Part shown: positions 16,595-20,000 of the stretch, piece after piece | Layout of the letters: every line of letters starts with the position of its first letter | Position numbering within the stretch: position 1 is the first letter of the stretch | IMG/VR virus record: IMGVR_UViG_3300043932_000242 | DNA from: an uncultured virus (IMG/VR IMGVR_UViG_3300043932_000242) | Taxonomy: Duplodnaviria > Heunggongvirae > Uroviricota > Caudoviricetes | Strand: one strand, 5' to 3' | DNA length: 20,000 bases | Program-made: the position numbers and the translations under genes | The notes under the pieces: model-generated | What the model was told of the DNA's origin: nothing | Database searches by the model: none | What the model saw: only the letters and a program-made list of their open reading frames with translations

Positions 16595-19500
16595 ATGGCG
16601 GCGCTCGAGTTCAAGTTCTCATCCGACCAGCAGCACCAGCTGGAGGCCATAGAGGCCACCTGCGACCTGTTCCGCGGACAACAATTTATCGGCAGCGTAT
16701 TCTCCGCCGATTCCGGCCGCAAAGGCCAGACGGCGATCGGCGAGCTCATGGTTGGCCACGGCAACGAGCTCCGTGTTGCGCCGGGCCAGCTCCTCGACAA
16801 CCTGCACGCCGTGCAGGAGGATGGCTGCCTCCCGGCGACCGACGTCCTCACCGACGGGCGCCTGCGCGACTTCACCGTCGAGATGGAGACGGGCACCGGC
16901 AAGACCTACGTCTACATCCGCTCCATCTACGAGCTGAACCGCCGCTACGGCATCACCAAGTTCGTCATCGTCGTGCCGAGCGTCGCCATCCGCGAGGGCG
17001 TCCTCAAGAGCTTCCAGACCACTCGCAAGCACTTCGAGGCGCTCTACGACCGCACGCCGCTCAACTACTTCGTGTACGACTCGAAGGACATGGGTCCGGT
17101 GGGCAACTTCGCCACGTCGAGCTCCATCCAGGTCATGGTCATCAACATCGACGCGTTCAACAAGGGCCTCGAGAAGGACGGCACCGCGAAGGAGGGCAAC
17201 CTCTTCCACCGACCCAGCGAGAAACTCGTTGGCGGCTTCAGCCCTCGCGAGCTCGTGAGCGCCTGCAAGCCCGTCGTCATCATCGACGAGCCGCAGAGCG
17301 TGGACAACACCAAGCAGGCCAAGGCCGCCATCAAGAGCCTGAGCCCGCTGTTCGTTCTGCGCTACTCGGCAACGCACAAGCAGGCCTACAACATGATCTA
17401 CCGCCTCACGCCGGTCGACGCCTTCGAGCGCCACCTGGTGAAGGGCATCTGCGTCGACTCGATCAAGGCCGAGGCGAACCTCAACGGCGCGTACGTGAGG
17501 CTCGAGTCCGTCAAGTCGGACCCGTTCTCCGCCAAGGTGTCCATCGACGTGCGCCAGGCAGACGGCACGCAGAAGCGAAAGACCGTCACCGTGAAGACCG
17601 GCAACGACCTCTTCCAGAAGAGCGGCGAGAACAGCGACTACGAGAGCGGCTGGGTCGTCAACAACATCGGCGCCTCAGAAGGCAACGAGTTCATAGAGTT
17701 CCAGAACGGCGAGGTGCTCGAGCTCGGCGAGGCCCTGGGCGACGTCAACGAGGAGGTCGTCAAGCGCGCGCAGATCCGCCGCACCATCGAGGACCACCTG
17801 GCCCGCCAGTTCGAGCTGTGGCCGCGCGGCGTGAAGGTGCTCTCGCTCTTCTTCATCGACCGCGTCGACCGCTACCGCGTCTACGAGCCCGAGGTCCACG
17901 GCGGGCTGTACGCCCAGATGTTCGAGGAGGAGTACGCAGGTGCCCTGAACTCGAAGGCGCCCAGGCGCGTCGCCAAGGCGGCGGGAATCGGCAAGGGCAC
18001 CTGGCTCGAGTGCTACGAGGCCGTCGGCGCACCCTTGGTGCGCGACCCCCACGCCGTGCACCAGGGCTACTTCGCCAAGGACAAGAAGGGCAAGTTCAAG
18101 GACTCCAAGGGAGCCGCCGGCACCGCCGATGACGCGGGGGCCTTCGAGCTCATCATGCAGAAGAAGGAGACGCTCATCTCCTTCCCGGACGGCAAGGACG
18201 CCGACAAGGACGTCTCGTTCGTCTTCAGCCACTCCGCGCTCAAGGAGGGCTGGGACAACCCCAACGTGTTCCAGATCTGCACGCTCGTCGAGACCAAGGA
18301 CAACCTCACCAAGCGCCAGAAGATCGGCCGAGGCCTGCGCCTGTGCGTGAACCAGGACGGCGAGCGCCTGTACGACCCCGAGGCGAACGTGCTCACCGTC
18401 ATCGCGAACGAGAGCTACGACGAGTTCGCCAACGACCTGCAGAAGGAGCTCGAGGCGGAGGACTTCAAGTTCGGCGTCATCACCCCGGAGAGCTTCACGA
18501 AGGTCACGGTCAAGAGCCCCGAGGGCGTCGAGGAGCGCCTGGGCTACGAGAAGTCGAAGCAGGTCTTCGACCACCTCGTCGCGACCGGCATGATCGACGG
18601 CAAGGGCGCGGTGACGCCCGAGCTGAAGGCCGCGGCCGAGGAGGGCAAGGTGGAGCTTCCCGCCGAGCTCGAGCCGGCGAAGGAACACGTAGAGGCGATC
18701 ATCATCCACAAGTCCCAGAGGGTCCAGATCCGCGACAAGGCCAAGGAGGTCTCCGTCGAGCTGCAGAAGGACGTCACGCTCGACCCTGCGTTCCAGGCCC
18801 TGTGGGACCGCATCCGCCAGCGCACGCGCTTCCAGGTCGAGGTCGACTCCGGCAAGCTCATCGAACGCGCCATCGAGGCGATCGACGGCATGCTCGCCGT
18901 GCGCCCGCCCCAGGTAACGAGCGAGCGCGGATCGCTGGGCATCGACGACTCGGGCGTGAGCGCCGAGGGCACTGGCGCCTCCGTGGTGTCCGTTTCGGGA
19001 AAGCTGCAATACGACCTTCCCGACCCAATCGCCGAACTGCAGGATGCCGTCGGGCTCACCCGCGGCACCATCAAGGCGATCCTCGAGGGATGCAGCCGCT
19101 TCGACGAGTTCGAGGTCGACCCCGCGACCTTCCTCGCGCAGGTAGGCGACAAGATCAACCGCGTGAAGAACGACCTCATCGCCCAGGGCATCAAGTACGT
19201 GCGCCTTCCCGAGGACGAGTGGTACACCATGCGCGACCTCGAGCTCGACGACTACACGGCTTACCTTGGGCAGAACGCGTGGAAGCCGGATATGACGAGT
19301 AAGAGCCTGTACAACTACGTGGTTTACGACTCAGCGGGGGTCGAGCGCTCCTTTGCCGAGGCTCTCGACAAGCAGGAGGAGGTGCTCGTTTTCGCGAAGC
19401 TCCCTTCGGCGTTCAAGATCGACACGCCGCTCGGCAGCTACAACCCCGACTGGGCGTATGTCGAGGACGTCGACGGCGAGCGCCGCGTTTACTTCGTGAC

Positions 19501-19657
19501 CGAGACCAAGGGCGGAAAGAACGGCGAGCCCGCACTGCGCGACGCGGAGAAGATCAAGATCGGTTGCGCCAGGAAGCACTTTGAGGCGCTGGACCTTGGA
19601 AACGACTTCCATTACAACGTGCGCACAACGTACCAGTACGAGGCGGTGAAGGCTTAG
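16595..19657 (+). CDS. res: Type III R-M restriction subunit (Res)
   Basis: METGTGKT, IIDEPQ, RYSATH, LKEGWDNPNVFQIC, QKIGRGLR, C-terminal YNPDW...ETK nuclease motif; directly follows mod. Confidence 0.95.
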   Translation: MAALEFKFSSDQQHQLEAIEATCDLFRGQQFIGSVFSADSGRKGQTAIGELMVGHGNELRVAPGQLLDNLHAVQEDGCLPATDVLTDGRLRDFTVEMETGTGKTYVYIRSIYELNRRYGITKFVIVVPSVAIREGVLKSFQTTRKHFEALYDRTPLNYFVYDSKDMGPVGNFATSSSIQVMVINIDAFNKGLEKDGTAKEGNLFHRPSEKLVGGFSPRELVSACKPVVIIDEPQSVDNTKQAKAAIKSLSPLFVLRYSATHKQAYNMIYRLTPVDAFERHLVKGICVDSIKAEANLNGAYVRLESVKSDPFSAKVSIDVRQADGTQKRKTVTVKTGNDLFQKSGENSDYESGWVVNNIGASEGNEFIEFQNGEVLELGEALGDVNEEVVKRAQIRRTIEDHLARQFELWPRGVKVLSLFFIDRVDRYRVYEPEVHGGLYAQMFEEEYAGALNSKAPRRVAKAAGIGKGTWLECYEAVGAPLVRDPHAVHQGYFAKDKKGKFKDSKGAAGTADDAGAFELIMQKKETLISFPDGKDADKDVSFVFSHSALKEGWDNPNVFQICTLVETKDNLTKRQKIGRGLRLCVNQDGERLYDPEANVLTVIANESYDEFANDLQKELEAEDFKFGVITPESFTKVTVKSPEGVEERLGYEKSKQVFDHLVATGMIDGKGAVTPELKAAAEEGKVELPAELEPAKEHVEAIIIHKSQRVQIRDKAKEVSVELQKDVTLDPAFQALWDRIRQRTRFQVEVDSGKLIERAIEAIDGMLAVRPPQVTSERGSLGIDDSGVSAEGTGASVVSVSGKLQYDLPDPIAELQDAVGLTRGTIKAILEGCSRFDEFEVDPATFLAQVGDKINRVKNDLIAQGIKYVRLPEDEWYTMRDLELDDYTAYLGQNAWKPDMTSKSLYNYVVYDSAGVERSFAEALDKQEEVLVFAKLPSAFKIDTPLGSYNPDWAYVEDVDGERRVYFVTETKGGKNGEPALRDAEKIKIGCARKHFEALDLGNDFHYNVRTTYQYEAVKA

Positions 19658-19659
19658 AG

Positions 19660-19899
19660 GTGCTTAATCAGCTCATTAACGTTGACCTGCATATACACTC
19701 AAAAGCGAGTGCATATAAAGAGCCGAAAGGGTTGGTTAGCGAATGCGATAGCGAGCATAGCCATGTGCTTTTATCCGCGCTAAGGGAGAACAACATTACG
19801 TTGTTCTCCATAACTGACCATAATCGTTTTGACGATCAGCTGTATGAGGCTTTGTATTCGAAAATCGAATCAGTGAAGTGCCCCGGTTTTTGTTCCTAG
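19660..19899 (+). pseudogene. PHP-domain protein N-terminus, interrupted by an IS at 19874
   Basis: VDLHIHS and ITDHN PHP metal-binding motifs. The last residues (VKCPGFCS*) are read from the IS terminal repeat. Confidence 0.8.
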
Positions 19900-20000
19900 A
19901 CTTGTGCCTTAATTTCCATTATTTCTCGACTGGGGTGGTGTTCCCAAAACTCGGCTTCGACTTCAGCCGGCGTGCGGTAGCCCAGGCTCTGGTGGAGCCT
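19874..20000 (-). mobile_element. IS3-family insertion sequence, right end (partial)
   Basis: Terminal repeat TGAAGTGCCCCGG... resembles IS6110/IS51-group ends (TGAACCGCCCCGG); transposase C-terminus is adjacent. Confidence 0.88.
19896..20000 (-). CDS. IS3-family transposase OrfB C-terminus (partial)
   Basis: Manual translation RLHQSLGYRTPAEVEAEFWEHHPSREIMEIKAQV* carries the IS3 RxHxxLGYxTP motif. Confidence 0.88.
   Translation of the reverse strand, partial: RLHQSLGYRTPAEVEAEFWEHHPSREIMEIKAQV

Noticed and set aside
16619..19302. Long alternative ORFs inside res (271, 444, 319, 228 aa)
   Set aside because: Shadow ORFs caused by extreme GC3 bias of the real gene.

Overview
High-GC, probably actinobacterial window covering part of a prophage-like mobile element and its defence cargo. 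Left (1-3787, minus strand) is an early/replication operon: an unannotated 48-aa basic peptide, a highly structured leader of about 265 nt, a sigma-region-4-like regulator, two conserved hypothetical genes, a DUF2800 Cas4-like nuclease, a DUF2815 ssDNA-binding protein and the 5' end of a family A DNA polymerase. Divergent on the plus strand are an ABC three-component (ABC-3C/Lamassu-like) system (CTD6-type protein, MC2-type protein, SMC-like ATPase), an XRE-family HTH gene, and a type I R-M system with two methyltransferase subunits (NPPF + NPPY, the m6A/m4C heterodimer type). After a repeat- and DnaA-box-containing junction come a type III R-M pair (mod truncated exactly at its DPPY motif, res intact) and a PHP-domain gene cut by an IS3-family element at the window end. 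The most novel-looking parts are the peptide/leader/sigma-like control region and the ABC-3C system, whose effector looks like an HTH rather than a nuclease. Family names come from motif recognition by eye; no searches were run.
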